Of a stretch of DNA of 64,000 nucleotides, positions 7,141-15,444 are shown one piece after another. This DNA is from a virus. The stretch spans positions 42,605-106,604 of IMG/VR virus record IMGVR_UViG_3300042882_000890, one strand, 5' to 3'. A program made the translations under genes and the position numbers. Each line of letters opens with the position of its first letter. Position 1 is the stretch's first letter. The notes under the pieces were generated by a model, which was not told where the DNA came from, ran no database searches, and saw only the letters and a program-made list of their open reading frames with translations.

Positions 7141-7473
7141 AGTAGTTTGTTGATATATTATTGAAGTTGACCAACACCCGAGTTCGACTCTCGGCATCTC
7201 CACTAATCACTTGGTATTAAGGTGGTTACAGTTTCCTTGAACTATAAACAAGGTGGTGGAGTCACTGAGCAATCAGTTGACCTAAAGGGGCTTTTGGAAG
7301 ATTGTGCCACTTTATAAAAAACAATCTATATAAGGGGATGACTGGTTTTGATTGGCAATAAGTAGGTAGTAAGGAGAATGTACTTTAAACACAAACGGAG
7401 ACGTTTACCAACTTGGTGGTGTTCAGCTTAGAGCTGTAGCATAACCACGCCTGAGGAGAGCGAAATCTCCTCA
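7141..7473 (+). ncRNA. ssrA: circularly permuted tmRNA
   Basis: The acceptor piece (T arm CCGAG-TTCGACT-CTCGG, CATCTCC-A 7195-7202) lies UPSTREAM of the coding piece (GGGGATGACTGGTTTTGA at 7334). G3.U70 Ala identity pair. Tag frame 7397-7444 reads GDVYQLGGVQLRAVA*. Confidence 0.88.
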
Positions 7474-7476
7474 AAT

Positions 7477-7550
7477 GCCCCCATAGCTCAGTTGGTCAGA
7501 GCAACTGACTCATAATCAGTAGGTCACAGGTTCAAGCCCTGTTGGGGGCA
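7477..7550 (+). tRNA. tRNA-CAU, most likely Ile2 (lysidine type), otherwise elongator Met
   Basis: Full cloverleaf, loop CTCATAA, C4-G69/C5-G68 and discriminator A. CCA is not encoded. Confidence 0.9.
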
Positions 7551-7569
7551 CAAACTAAAAACAAATAAT

Positions 7570-7851
7570 ATGATAAAAATTAATGAAAAGTACTCGATAA
7601 ACACATCGGGAGAAGGTTGCTCTTTAGAAGCCAAAGAGATGAAACAAAAAGATGAAGTTATTGACAAAGTAAAAACAGGAAAAAAAGTGGATTTCTTATC
7701 TAAGGAAGTTTATTACTACAGTACTGTTGAACAATGTCTTAACAAAATCTTATCTTTAGAGCTAGAAGACTCTGAGGATATTAAAGGAGTTTTAGCAAAA
7801 ATAGAAGAGGTTCGAGTTTTAATAAAAGGTTTAACTAATTTGCGAAAGTAA
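7570..7851 (+). CDS. hypothetical protein
   Basis: ORF track. Confidence 0.6.
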   Translation: MIKINEKYSINTSGEGCSLEAKEMKQKDEVIDKVKTGKKVDFLSKEVYYYSTVEQCLNKILSLELEDSEDIKGVLAKIEEVRVLIKGLTNLRK

Positions 7852-7870
7852 TTTTATTTTATTACCTTTG
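7839..7870 (+). promoter_or_regulatory. Bacteroidota primary-sigma promoter (nrdB)
   Basis: TTTG-N20-TACCTTTG. Confidence 0.75.
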
Positions 7871-7882
7871 CACTTAACATAG

Positions 7883-7916
7883 AGTATCTCTTTTAATTAG
7901 GGGATACTTTTTTTTA
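7883..7916 (+). terminator. intrinsic terminator-like hairpin in the nrdB leader
   Basis: AGTATCTCT...AGGGGATACT followed by a long T tract. Confidence 0.65.
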
Positions 7917-7940
7917 CCTTTAATAATTAAAAAATAAACC

Positions 7941-8918
7941 ATGAGCATCTTCGTAGAAAGAAAAAATTACAAGCCATTCGAGTATAATGGCATTACAGAC
8001 CCACTAATCAATGCAATGTGGGCGAGTCATTGGACTCACAACGAATTTAACTTCTTGAATGATATTCAAGACTATAAAACAAAACTAACAGTTGAAGAAC
8101 AAGGGGTAATAAAAAGAGCCATTTTGTTGACCTCGCAAGTAGAGGTTGCTGTAAAATCTTATTGGTCTAATATAGGAAAGTTACTTCCTAAACCGGAGAT
8201 AGCAGACATGGGTGCTGTTTTTGGTGGAGTTGAAGTTATTCACTCAAAAGCTTACGCAGAGATTTTATCTAAGCTAGGGTTAGAAGACCAGTTTAATGAT
8301 ATTTTTAACGAGCCGGTTGTTGTCGGTAGAGTTAACTACTTGTCAAAGTATATCAACAAGATTTATAAAAACGACCACAAGAACATTTGTTACTCTTTGG
8401 TTCTTTTTACATTGTTTACTGAGAACACAGCACTATTCTCTCAGTTTTACACTATCCTAGGTTTTAACAGATTTAGAGGTGTTTTGAAAGATGTTGCAAA
8501 TGTTGTTCAATACACATCAAAAGAGGAAAATTTACATGCTGAGGGGGGAATTGCTTTACTTAACCAAATCAGAGCAGAGCACCCAGAATTATTTGATTCG
8601 GAGTTTACTCAAAAAATCCAAGAAGAGGTACAAGAGGCTTTCATAGCTGAGTCGGACTTGATTGATTGGATTTTGGAAGGGTATCAGAATGAGTTTTTGT
8701 CTCCGGAAATATTGAAAGGGTACATCAAGATTAGATTAAATGATTCTTTGGTAAAAATTGGAATGGAGCCGGCATTTGAGATTGACTCAGAAATAAGAGA
8801 AAAGACACTATGGATGGAAGAAGAGGTTTACGCAAGTGCCTTGACTGACTTCTTTCACAAAAAGCCTATTGACTACTCTAAAAAAATGAAAGTATATAAC
8901 GAAGAAGGATTGTTTTAA
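7941..8918 (+). CDS. nrdB: ribonucleotide reductase class I beta subunit
   Basis: W..HW...E, EVIHSKAY, ENTALFSQF, KEENLH and C-terminal DFF....DY. Confidence 0.95.
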   Translation: MSIFVERKNYKPFEYNGITDPLINAMWASHWTHNEFNFLNDIQDYKTKLTVEEQGVIKRAILLTSQVEVAVKSYWSNIGKLLPKPEIADMGAVFGGVEVIHSKAYAEILSKLGLEDQFNDIFNEPVVVGRVNYLSKYINKIYKNDHKNICYSLVLFTLFTENTALFSQFYTILGFNRFRGVLKDVANVVQYTSKEENLHAEGGIALLNQIRAEHPELFDSEFTQKIQEEVQEAFIAESDLIDWILEGYQNEFLSPEILKGYIKIRLNDSLVKIGMEPAFEIDSEIREKTLWMEEEVYASALTDFFHKKPIDYSKKMKVYNEEGLF

Positions 8919-8919
8919 T

Positions 8920-10566
8920 ATGAAAAATTATTATTGGTTAAATGAAGATTCTAGGAAATTCCTAGCAAAAGATTATTTACTTCCGGAAGCTACACCGGAA
9001 GCACGTGTTAGAGAGATTGCAGAAACAGCCGAAAAGATTCTAGGTATACAAGGTTTTGCAGACAAATTTGAAGGGTATATGGCTAGAGGATTTTTCTCTT
9101 TGGCTACACCGGTTTGGATGAACTTTGGGTTAGACCGTGGTTTACCTATTTCTTGTTATGGAATTGACATACAAGACGACACCATGGATATTTTAAGAGC
9201 AAATGCTGAGATTGGTGCCCTCACAAAAATGGGCGGTGGTACTGCCGGTTACTTCGGAAAGTTGAGAGGGCGAGGGGCTCCTATCAGAAACAACGGAGTT
9301 TCTAACGGGGCTGTTAGCTTCTTGTTACCATTCCAAACTACAACAGATGTTATCACCCAAGGACAAGCACGTAGAGGTTACTTTGCGGCTTACTACCCAG
9401 TAGATGGTGCTGACATCGAGGAGTTCTTACACTGTCGAGAAGAGGGGCACATTATCCAAAATATAGCATTGGGGGTTTGTATCTCAGATGAGTGGATGGA
9501 AGCGGTGGAAGCCGGAGATAAAGATAAGAGAAAGATTTTAGCTAAGATACACCAAAAGAGAGCTGAGTCAGGTTTTCCTTATATCTTCTTTACTGGGAAT
9601 GTTAACAAAAACAAGCCTAAGGTTTACAAAGACAAAGATATGCAGATTAACCACTCTCAGATGTGTACCGAGATTTTAGAATACACAGACGAGTTCAAGT
9701 CTTTTGTTTGCTGTTTATCTTCTATAAACCTTTTACATTGGGACGAGATTGTAGAGACAGATGCTGTTGAAACTTTGGCTTACTTCTTAGATGCAGTTTA
9801 CACAGAGTTTATTCAAAAAGCCGAGGGTATTCCTTTTATGGAAAAAGCTTTATTGTTTGCAAAAGAACACAGAAGTATCGGTATTGGAGTTCTAGGTTGG
9901 CATAGTTTATTGCAGTCTAAGTTAATTCCTTTTGAGGGGTTAGAGTCTAAGATGTTGAACGCTGAGATATTCAGAACAATCAACGATAAGAGTTTGATTG
10001 CTAGTATGCAGTTGGCTACAATGTTTGGAGAGCCAAAAATGTTAGAGGGTTATGGGCAAAGATTTACCACTAGGTTAGCTATTGCCCCTACAACTAGTTC
10101 TTCTTTCATTCTTGGACAAGTTAGTCCGGGAATCGAGCCACTAGAATCTAATTATTTTATCAAGGATTTAGCTAAAGGTAAGTTCGTTTACAGAAACCCT
10201 TACTTGAAACAGCTACTAAAAGATAAAGGGCAGGACGTTCCGGAAGTATGGAATACAATCCTGTTAAAAGGTGGCTCAGTACAGCACCTAGATTTCTTAG
10301 ACGAAAGAGAAAAAGGAGTCTTCAAAACATTTGGTGAGATTAGCCAATTAGAGATTGTACAACAAGCTGCTCAAAGACAAAAATTTATTGACCAAGGGCA
10401 ATCATTAAATTTGATGATTCATCCGGATGTACCATTAAAAGAAGTTAACGCTTTGTTTTATGAGGCATGGAAACTTGGTATCAAAACCTTATATTATCAA
10501 CGTAGTGTGAATATGGCTCAGCAAGTCGGAAGAGAACTTATGAACTGTAGTTCGTGTGAAGGGTAA
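8920..10566 (+). CDS. nrdA: ribonucleotide reductase class I alpha subunit
   Basis: LPISC, SQMCTEI, VCCLSS, AIAPTTSSS, IDQGQSLN, KTLYY and C-terminal CSSC. No ATP cone. Confidence 0.95.
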   Translation: MKNYYWLNEDSRKFLAKDYLLPEATPEARVREIAETAEKILGIQGFADKFEGYMARGFFSLATPVWMNFGLDRGLPISCYGIDIQDDTMDILRANAEIGALTKMGGGTAGYFGKLRGRGAPIRNNGVSNGAVSFLLPFQTTTDVITQGQARRGYFAAYYPVDGADIEEFLHCREEGHIIQNIALGVCISDEWMEAVEAGDKDKRKILAKIHQKRAESGFPYIFFTGNVNKNKPKVYKDKDMQINHSQMCTEILEYTDEFKSFVCCLSSINLLHWDEIVETDAVETLAYFLDAVYTEFIQKAEGIPFMEKALLFAKEHRSIGIGVLGWHSLLQSKLIPFEGLESKMLNAEIFRTINDKSLIASMQLATMFGEPKMLEGYGQRFTTRLAIAPTTSSSFILGQVSPGIEPLESNYFIKDLAKGKFVYRNPYLKQLLKDKGQDVPEVWNTILLKGGSVQHLDFLDEREKGVFKTFGEISQLEIVQQAAQRQKFIDQGQSLNLMIHPDVPLKEVNALFYEAWKLGIKTLYYQRSVNMAQQVGRELMNCSSCEG

Positions 10567-10591
10567 TTAGTTGTTATGTTATTTTTAGTTT

Positions 10592-10620
10592 AAGCCCTCC
10601 AGAAATGGGGGGTTTTTGTT
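10592..10620 (+). terminator. intrinsic terminator after nrdA
   Basis: AAGCCCTCCA-GAAA-TGGGGGGTTT followed by a T tract. Confidence 0.8.
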
Positions 10621-10644
10621 TAATTAAAAAAAGTTTAACTTTTA

Positions 10645-10676
10645 TTTGCACATGTTAAATATTCTCCATATCTTTG
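10645..10676 (+). promoter_or_regulatory. Bacteroidota primary-sigma promoter
   Basis: TTTG-N20-TATCTTTG. Confidence 0.8.
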
Positions 10677-10703
10677 CAAAGTAAAATTGAAACATTAAAA
10701 ATT

Positions 10704-10907
10704 ATGAAGATAGTATTGCTTTTATTAGGAGTTGTAACATTGTCTTGCTCTTCTGTTGAAGAAAGGATAAAAGACCACTCTTACACAAACGAATGGTACC
10801 AATTAAATACCGAAATGTACCAAGTGTACAAAACAAGAACCGGTAAAAAGTACATCACAGTGCTTAACGATAAACAAACTAATTTAAAACGTAAATACAT
10901 TAACTAA
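10704..10907 (+). CDS. small lipoprotein
   Basis: MKIVLLLLGVVTLS|CSS lipobox, start at ATG10704. Confidence 0.7.
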   Translation: MKIVLLLLGVVTLSCSSVEERIKDHSYTNEWYQLNTEMYQVYKTRTGKKYITVLNDKQTNLKRKYIN

Positions 10908-10908
10908 T

Positions 10909-11331
10909 ATGCACATAATAACAGTATGCCCAAGATGTAATGAGGATTTTATGTACCACGCTTCAGACAGTCATCTATTCAGAGATGAAACTATAGTTGA
11001 TGAAGTTGGTAATAACGAGGTAGTAGAAACAGTTATCTGCCAAGACTGTTGCCAAAAAGAGGTAGTAAAAATTATAGAAGAGTCTAAAAGAGAAGTGTAC
11101 TTAGTAAACGCCAATGAAGTTGTTGATACTAGAAACCCTCTTCTTATAGACGAATCTGGACATTGGAATTTCCCAAGACCCAAGATGTATAGTGAAGAAG
11201 AGGTTATTGAACTATTACAAAAAGCACTTACACATAGAGATGATAGAGAAACAGGTAGTTTAGTTACAGCACAAGGGGAAATAAGAACAGCTAACTTTTT
11301 TAGTTGGTTTGAGCGATTTAAAAAGAAATAA
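10909..11331 (+). CDS. Zn-finger protein fused to a YSEEEV/FKKK module
   Basis: CPRC...CQDC and C-terminal MYSEEEV...WFERFKKK*. Confidence 0.65.
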   Translation: MHIITVCPRCNEDFMYHASDSHLFRDETIVDEVGNNEVVETVICQDCCQKEVVKIIEESKREVYLVNANEVVDTRNPLLIDESGHWNFPRPKMYSEEEVIELLQKALTHRDDRETGSLVTAQGEIRTANFFSWFERFKKK

Positions 11332-11335
11332 CTAT

Positions 11336-11695
11336 ATGATTGGATTAAAATATTCAACTAGGATTGTAATAATACTCAAGAATGTAGTTATCAAAATACC
11401 TATAAGCAGAAGAGGTTATCTACAAGGAATCAACGAAAAAAAGATTTGGGATAAATATAAAAATATTACATCATTAGCAGAACTAAAATGGATGTTTATG
11501 GGTATAGTCTGTCAAAAGAGATATGATGGTATTCAATCAATACCAAACAGTGTTGTTAAACTTAACAAATCATTAATGCGTGAATTTGATTTTGAGAACT
11601 GTGATTTATACAATCCTGAAAACTGGGGAATTGATGGTAAAAAATATATTTTACTTGATTATGGTATTAATGAACACATTGCAAGTTTATACTAA
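11336..11695 (+). CDS. minimal protein-kinase-like protein
   Basis: STRIV...VVIKIP (Lys), helix-C Glu (NEKK), DLYNPENWG catalytic loop and LLDYG. Confidence 0.7.
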   Translation: MIGLKYSTRIVIILKNVVIKIPISRRGYLQGINEKKIWDKYKNITSLAELKWMFMGIVCQKRYDGIQSIPNSVVKLNKSLMREFDFENCDLYNPENWGIDGKKYILLDYGINEHIASLY

Positions 11696-11772
11696 AACAA
11701 CTTAAAAAGAAATAACCTTTAACAACAAGATAAACCCTAAAATTTGGGGTTTATGTAATAACAAAAAGTAAT

Positions 11773-11910
11773 ATGAAATTTGAAACGTGGTTAGACGAAA
11801 ATTACCCATACAGAAACAGAAACTACAAACAAGAGACACTGTATGCTAAGAGCAAGTATGATGAAACGTATTTAAAAAATGAATTATTAGAAATATACAA
11901 CGAATTATGA
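11773..11910 (+). CDS. hypothetical protein (45 aa)
   Basis: ATG11773-TGA11910, with an ATGA overlap to the next ORF. Confidence 0.45.
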   Translation: MKFETWLDENYPYRNRNYKQETLYAKSKYDETYLKNELLEIYNEL

Positions 11911-11999
11911 AGTACTTATTAATATGGGCGGCTTATGAGTTTATCAGACCAAAAATGATTTGGTTGTTTTATTATCTAATTAGAAAAGGAGAGAGATAA
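11907..11999 (+). CDS. hypothetical hydrophobic peptide (30 aa)
   Basis: MKYLLIWAAYEFIRPKMIWLFYYLIRKGER*. Confidence 0.4.
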   Translation: MKYLLIWAAYEFIRPKMIWLFYYLIRKGER

Positions 12000-12102
12000 A
12001 AAAGGGTTATGAGTGATAAAGAAGAAAAAGTACCCTACTACAAATGGTGCTACGGAAAGTTTATCCTAGTAGGGTATGTAACAAAAGATAAAAAATAAAA
12101 TT

Positions 12103-12663
12103 ATGTACAGATTTAATCGAGAAAAGTTAGCTTACGAAAAAGTTAACGTCAGGAAGTATATCGGGATGATAATGCTTTCTTTTTTAGCAGTCCTAGTTTT
12201 GAGCTCTTTTATTTTAAAAGAAGTAGTTGTAGTTCACGCAGAAAAAGAAGTGGTATTAAAGACTAATGACAGTTTCTCTAAAGAAAAGCTGTTCTTGGAA
12301 ATAGACAAGTATTCTTTCAAATACCCCGATATTATTAAGGCACAGGCTTTAGTGGAAAGTGGGCATTTCAAATCACCAGTTTTCAAGCAAAACAGTAATA
12401 TGTTTGGTATGAAACAAGCCATGGTTAGAGTGACAACCGCACAAGGCTCAAACTTGAACCATGCCTATTATACCAACTGGAAAGATTGTGTTATTGACAG
12501 GGCTTTGTATGAAGCTAGGTTCCTATCAAAACTGACTAAAGAAGAATACTTTTCATACTTAGACCAAACTTATGCTGAGGGAAAAGGTTACAGCAATCTA
12601 TTAAAGCAAGTAATTCAAAAAAACAATTTAAGTAGTGATACAGCAGAAGAAAAAGTTTTGTAA
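12103..12663 (+). CDS. membrane-anchored glucosaminidase-domain (GH73) peptidoglycan hydrolase
   Basis: N-terminal TM, then AQALVESG, NMFGMK, Y..W..CV.D and YAE..Y. Confidence 0.8.
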   Translation: MYRFNREKLAYEKVNVRKYIGMIMLSFLAVLVLSSFILKEVVVVHAEKEVVLKTNDSFSKEKLFLEIDKYSFKYPDIIKAQALVESGHFKSPVFKQNSNMFGMKQAMVRVTTAQGSNLNHAYYTNWKDCVIDRALYEARFLSKLTKEEYFSYLDQTYAEGKGYSNLLKQVIQKNNLSSDTAEEKVL

Positions 12664-13162
12664 GAACTGCCAGACAGAGCAATATATTTTCTCAAAAGGT
12701 AGGTGCCAAAGATGTGCTACTATTGAAGACAGCAAGCCCATATCTAGGGGTTCCACTATTAAGAAGCAGACCGATAAAAACAAGGCAAATCGCAAATCGC
12801 AATTTGCGATACGAGAAGTGTACTTTGACTATCATATACGTAATTGTAGGAGTTCAGAGCATAGTGGTGCCATTATTTTTTACCCTACTAGAGCAAATTG
12901 CTGTCATCTTTTTGATAAAGCCCGGCACCCAAGCGTACAAGGTAATTTGATAAACTGTGTTTACTTGACTCTGGATGAGCATACCAAGTTTGACCAGTTG
13001 TTGTACAGTCACGAGTTTGATAAGTTGGAAGAAGAGTTCCCAAATGCTTGGAAAATTGCTAGTAGTAGAATGGTGTTATTATTACCGGAAGTAAAAGAAG
13101 AAACTAAATTTAAAAATAAGTTTGAAGAATGGATACAATTAAAACAGTTAGAGATAGACTAA
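12635..13162 (+). CDS. Zn-finger / HNH-like nuclease (NinG/Ref-like)
   Basis: CKNC..CQRC, then NCCHLFDK..HPSV....NCVYL...EH. Confidence 0.55.
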   Translation: MIQQKKKFCKNCQTEQYIFSKGRCQRCATIEDSKPISRGSTIKKQTDKNKANRKSQFAIREVYFDYHIRNCRSSEHSGAIIFYPTRANCCHLFDKARHPSVQGNLINCVYLTLDEHTKFDQLLYSHEFDKLEEEFPNAWKIASSRMVLLLPEVKEETKFKNKFEEWIQLKQLEID

Positions 13163-13275
13163 ATCATGTGAAGTCCGACTTATCTCAACTATTACAGCCA
13201 AAGATGGGTAAGAGTTATTTTGATAACCAAAGAATCTTTACTCTGGAGCAAGAAAAAAAAGTTTTAGAAGAAAAG

Positions 13276-13307
13276 CTTGCAGAACTAAAAAACAATTCGT
13301 AACTTTG
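13276..13307 (+). promoter_or_regulatory. Bacteroidota primary-sigma promoter
   Basis: CTTG-N20-TAACTTTG. Confidence 0.8.
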
Positions 13308-13320
13308 CAAAAAAATAATT

Positions 13321-13557
13321 ATGATAGGGACAGTAAAAAAAGACAAAGAAGGTAACTTTATAGTAGTTTACCACAAAGAGTGCATAGAAGATTCAGATGC
13401 TGTAGTAAGAGTTTCTTGTAATCTAATGCCTAGTTATAAGTATTGCAAATTTGAAGATGGCGAAACTATAGAGTTTGAGCTATTGGAGTTTGTACAAAAG
13501 GACGGTAGTTTTGATATCTATGCTAAGCCTTATTTTGATAACTTTAGTAGGATGTAA
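13321..13557 (+). CDS. hypothetical protein
   Basis: ORF directly after a promoter. Confidence 0.55.
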   Translation: MIGTVKKDKEGNFIVVYHKECIEDSDAVVRVSCNLMPSYKYCKFEDGETIEFELLEFVQKDGSFDIYAKPYFDNFSRM

Positions 13558-13561
13558 TATT

Positions 13562-14017
13562 ATGAAAGAACAGCAAAAAAAGCATCTAATCGAGATGATG
13601 CAACAGGACGAAGAGTTGGGGTTGTACGAAGAAATCAAATTAGAAGATGTCTTCAACGATGGTAAAAGAGAGAATATTAAAAAGTTTATTGATGAAATAA
13701 ATAATTCTCCCGAACCAAATCAAGCACTTAAAGATGCTGCTGAAAAATATGCTGAAATTTATAGATGTCCAGCAACAAATTCGGATGAGTATTGCAGACA
13801 CGATATTATATCAGCAATAAATTTTGGTATTAAGTTGCAACAAGAACAAGACAGATGGAAAACAGTCTTTGAAGAAATACCACCAAGCAATATCGAGCTA
13901 TTAGCTGAAAGTCCTGATGGAGTTATTCACTTAACAGACTGGAGAGCAGGATATCAAATCTTCTCTTGCCAAGCTAAGTCAGAGTCAACTGATGGTTGGA
14001 AATGGAAAATAATTTAA
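13562..14017 (+). CDS. mosaic hypothetical protein
   Basis: Start ATG13562. LKDAAEKYA..GIKLQQEQ module plus a DUF551-like W-rich tail. Confidence 0.6.
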   Translation: MKEQQKKHLIEMMQQDEELGLYEEIKLEDVFNDGKRENIKKFIDEINNSPEPNQALKDAAEKYAEIYRCPATNSDEYCRHDIISAINFGIKLQQEQDRWKTVFEEIPPSNIELLAESPDGVIHLTDWRAGYQIFSCQAKSESTDGWKWKII

Positions 14018-14028
14018 AAAGAAATAAT

Positions 14029-14235
14029 ATGAAACCTTGGATAACAACAAAAATACAAAACCACTGTGAGCAAGTCATAGAAATAACAGCAGATGAATCA
14101 TTTTCTTCAATCGAGTTTTCTTTTTCAGAAGCAGATGGTACCCACATGACAAACCCTCTTTATATTAATAAAGATGAACTTCCGGTGCTTATACAAAAAT
14201 TACAAGAAATGATGGAGTACGTAACAACTAAATAA
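14029..14235 (+). CDS. hypothetical protein
   Basis: Start ATG14029 right after a junction box. Confidence 0.55.
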   Translation: MKPWITTKIQNHCEQVIEITADESFSSIEFSFSEADGTHMTNPLYINKDELPVLIQKLQEMMEYVTTK

Positions 14236-14236
14236 A

Positions 14237-14533
14237 ATGAAAATAGTAATATCAGAGCATTGTTTTGGCAATGACGTTTATGTTGATGGTGTAGATTTAA
14301 CAGAGGCAGAAGAGGGATTGTTTGACCCCCAAAAACAGAAGGACTGTCGTGGGGCTATTCTTCTTGAAATTATGCAGAATATGGATAATATCTCGGCATA
14401 CCATTGGAATGAATTAGTACAAATGGCAGTAGAAAATAATCCAAGATACCAATTAAACGCAGAAGAAAGTTCTAGTGAAGTTTGTGAGCAATGTGGGAAT
14501 TGGAACAGTAGCACAGTATATGACAAAATATGA
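14237..14533 (+). CDS. hypothetical protein
   Basis: ORF track, with CEQC. Confidence 0.6.
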   Translation: MKIVISEHCFGNDVYVDGVDLTEAEEGLFDPQKQKDCRGAILLEIMQNMDNISAYHWNELVQMAVENNPRYQLNAEESSSEVCEQCGNWNSSTVYDKI

Positions 14534-14775
14534 GAGATAGTTTAAAACTTTTCACAACAGGGTTTGTGCAGGTATTTTTTGTAGCGGTTAACACTTACTT
14601 TCTGAGTAAAAGCTTTTTTGTGGGGGTGTTTATATGTGGGTTTATGATTTCATTTATATGGAGTTGGAATGTTAAAAAAGTTGCATTTGGAACAATGCAC
14701 GATAGAATAGCTTACGCAAGTGGAGCCGGATTTGGTTCCTTAATAGGATTAATAATTTCAAAATTTATAATTTAA
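14530..14775 (+). CDS. small multi-pass membrane protein
   Basis: Three hydrophobic segments. Confidence 0.65.
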   Translation: MRDSLKLFTTGFVQVFFVAVNTYFLSKSFFVGVFICGFMISFIWSWNVKKVAFGTMHDRIAYASGAGFGSLIGLIISKFII

Positions 14776-14776
14776 T

Positions 14777-15304
14777 ATGCAAGTAAAAGTAAAAAGATTA
14801 TCAGAAGATGCAGTAATCCCTATGTATGGGAAACCGGGGGATGCCGGTATGGATTTAACAGCAACTTCAAGACACTTCGATTCAGACGGTAACGTGGTTT
14901 ACGGAACAGATTTAGCCTTTGAAATACCGGAAGGTTTTGTAGGATTACTGTTTCCTAGGAGCTCCAATGCCAAGAAAGATTTAACATTAACTAATTCGGT
15001 AGGTGTTATCGACAGTGGCTATAGAGGAGAAGTGTCGTTTAAATTCAAACCAGCCGCTTTCTTTGCAGAAGATTCGTGGGAAAATCCTGGAGATAAAGAT
15101 ATTAAAAGTTATTGGTTTGATTACACTATGTTACCAAAAGGTCAAAATCAAGATAGTGATAACTACGGATGTGAGTTATACAAAATTGGAGATAGAATAG
15201 GTCAAATTATAATTATGCCTTACCCCCAAGTAACCTTTGAAGAGGTTTCAGAACTTTCATCTACAGAGCGTGGAGAAGGTGGTTTTGGTAGTACTGGTAA
15301 ATAA
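14777..15304 (+). CDS. dut: trimeric dUTPase
   Basis: AGMDL, PRSS, GVIDSGYRGE, RIGQ and RGEGGFGSTG. Confidence 0.95.
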   Translation: MQVKVKRLSEDAVIPMYGKPGDAGMDLTATSRHFDSDGNVVYGTDLAFEIPEGFVGLLFPRSSNAKKDLTLTNSVGVIDSGYRGEVSFKFKPAAFFAEDSWENPGDKDIKSYWFDYTMLPKGQNQDSDNYGCELYKIGDRIGQIIIMPYPQVTFEEVSELSSTERGEGGFGSTGK

Positions 15305-15306
15305 AT

Positions 15307-15337
15307 TTTGTTTATTGTAAAATAAGTTGTATCTTTG
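15307..15337 (+). promoter_or_regulatory. Bacteroidota primary-sigma promoter
   Basis: TTTG-N19-TATCTTTG. Confidence 0.75.
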
Positions 15338-15444
15338 CAGAATGAAAAAAAGAATTATGTTTTGGTTATGGGTACTCTGGTACTTTTTTATAATAGGTGT
15401 CGAGATATATTGTTCAATTTGGTTATTAAAAAAAGTTTTCTAAG

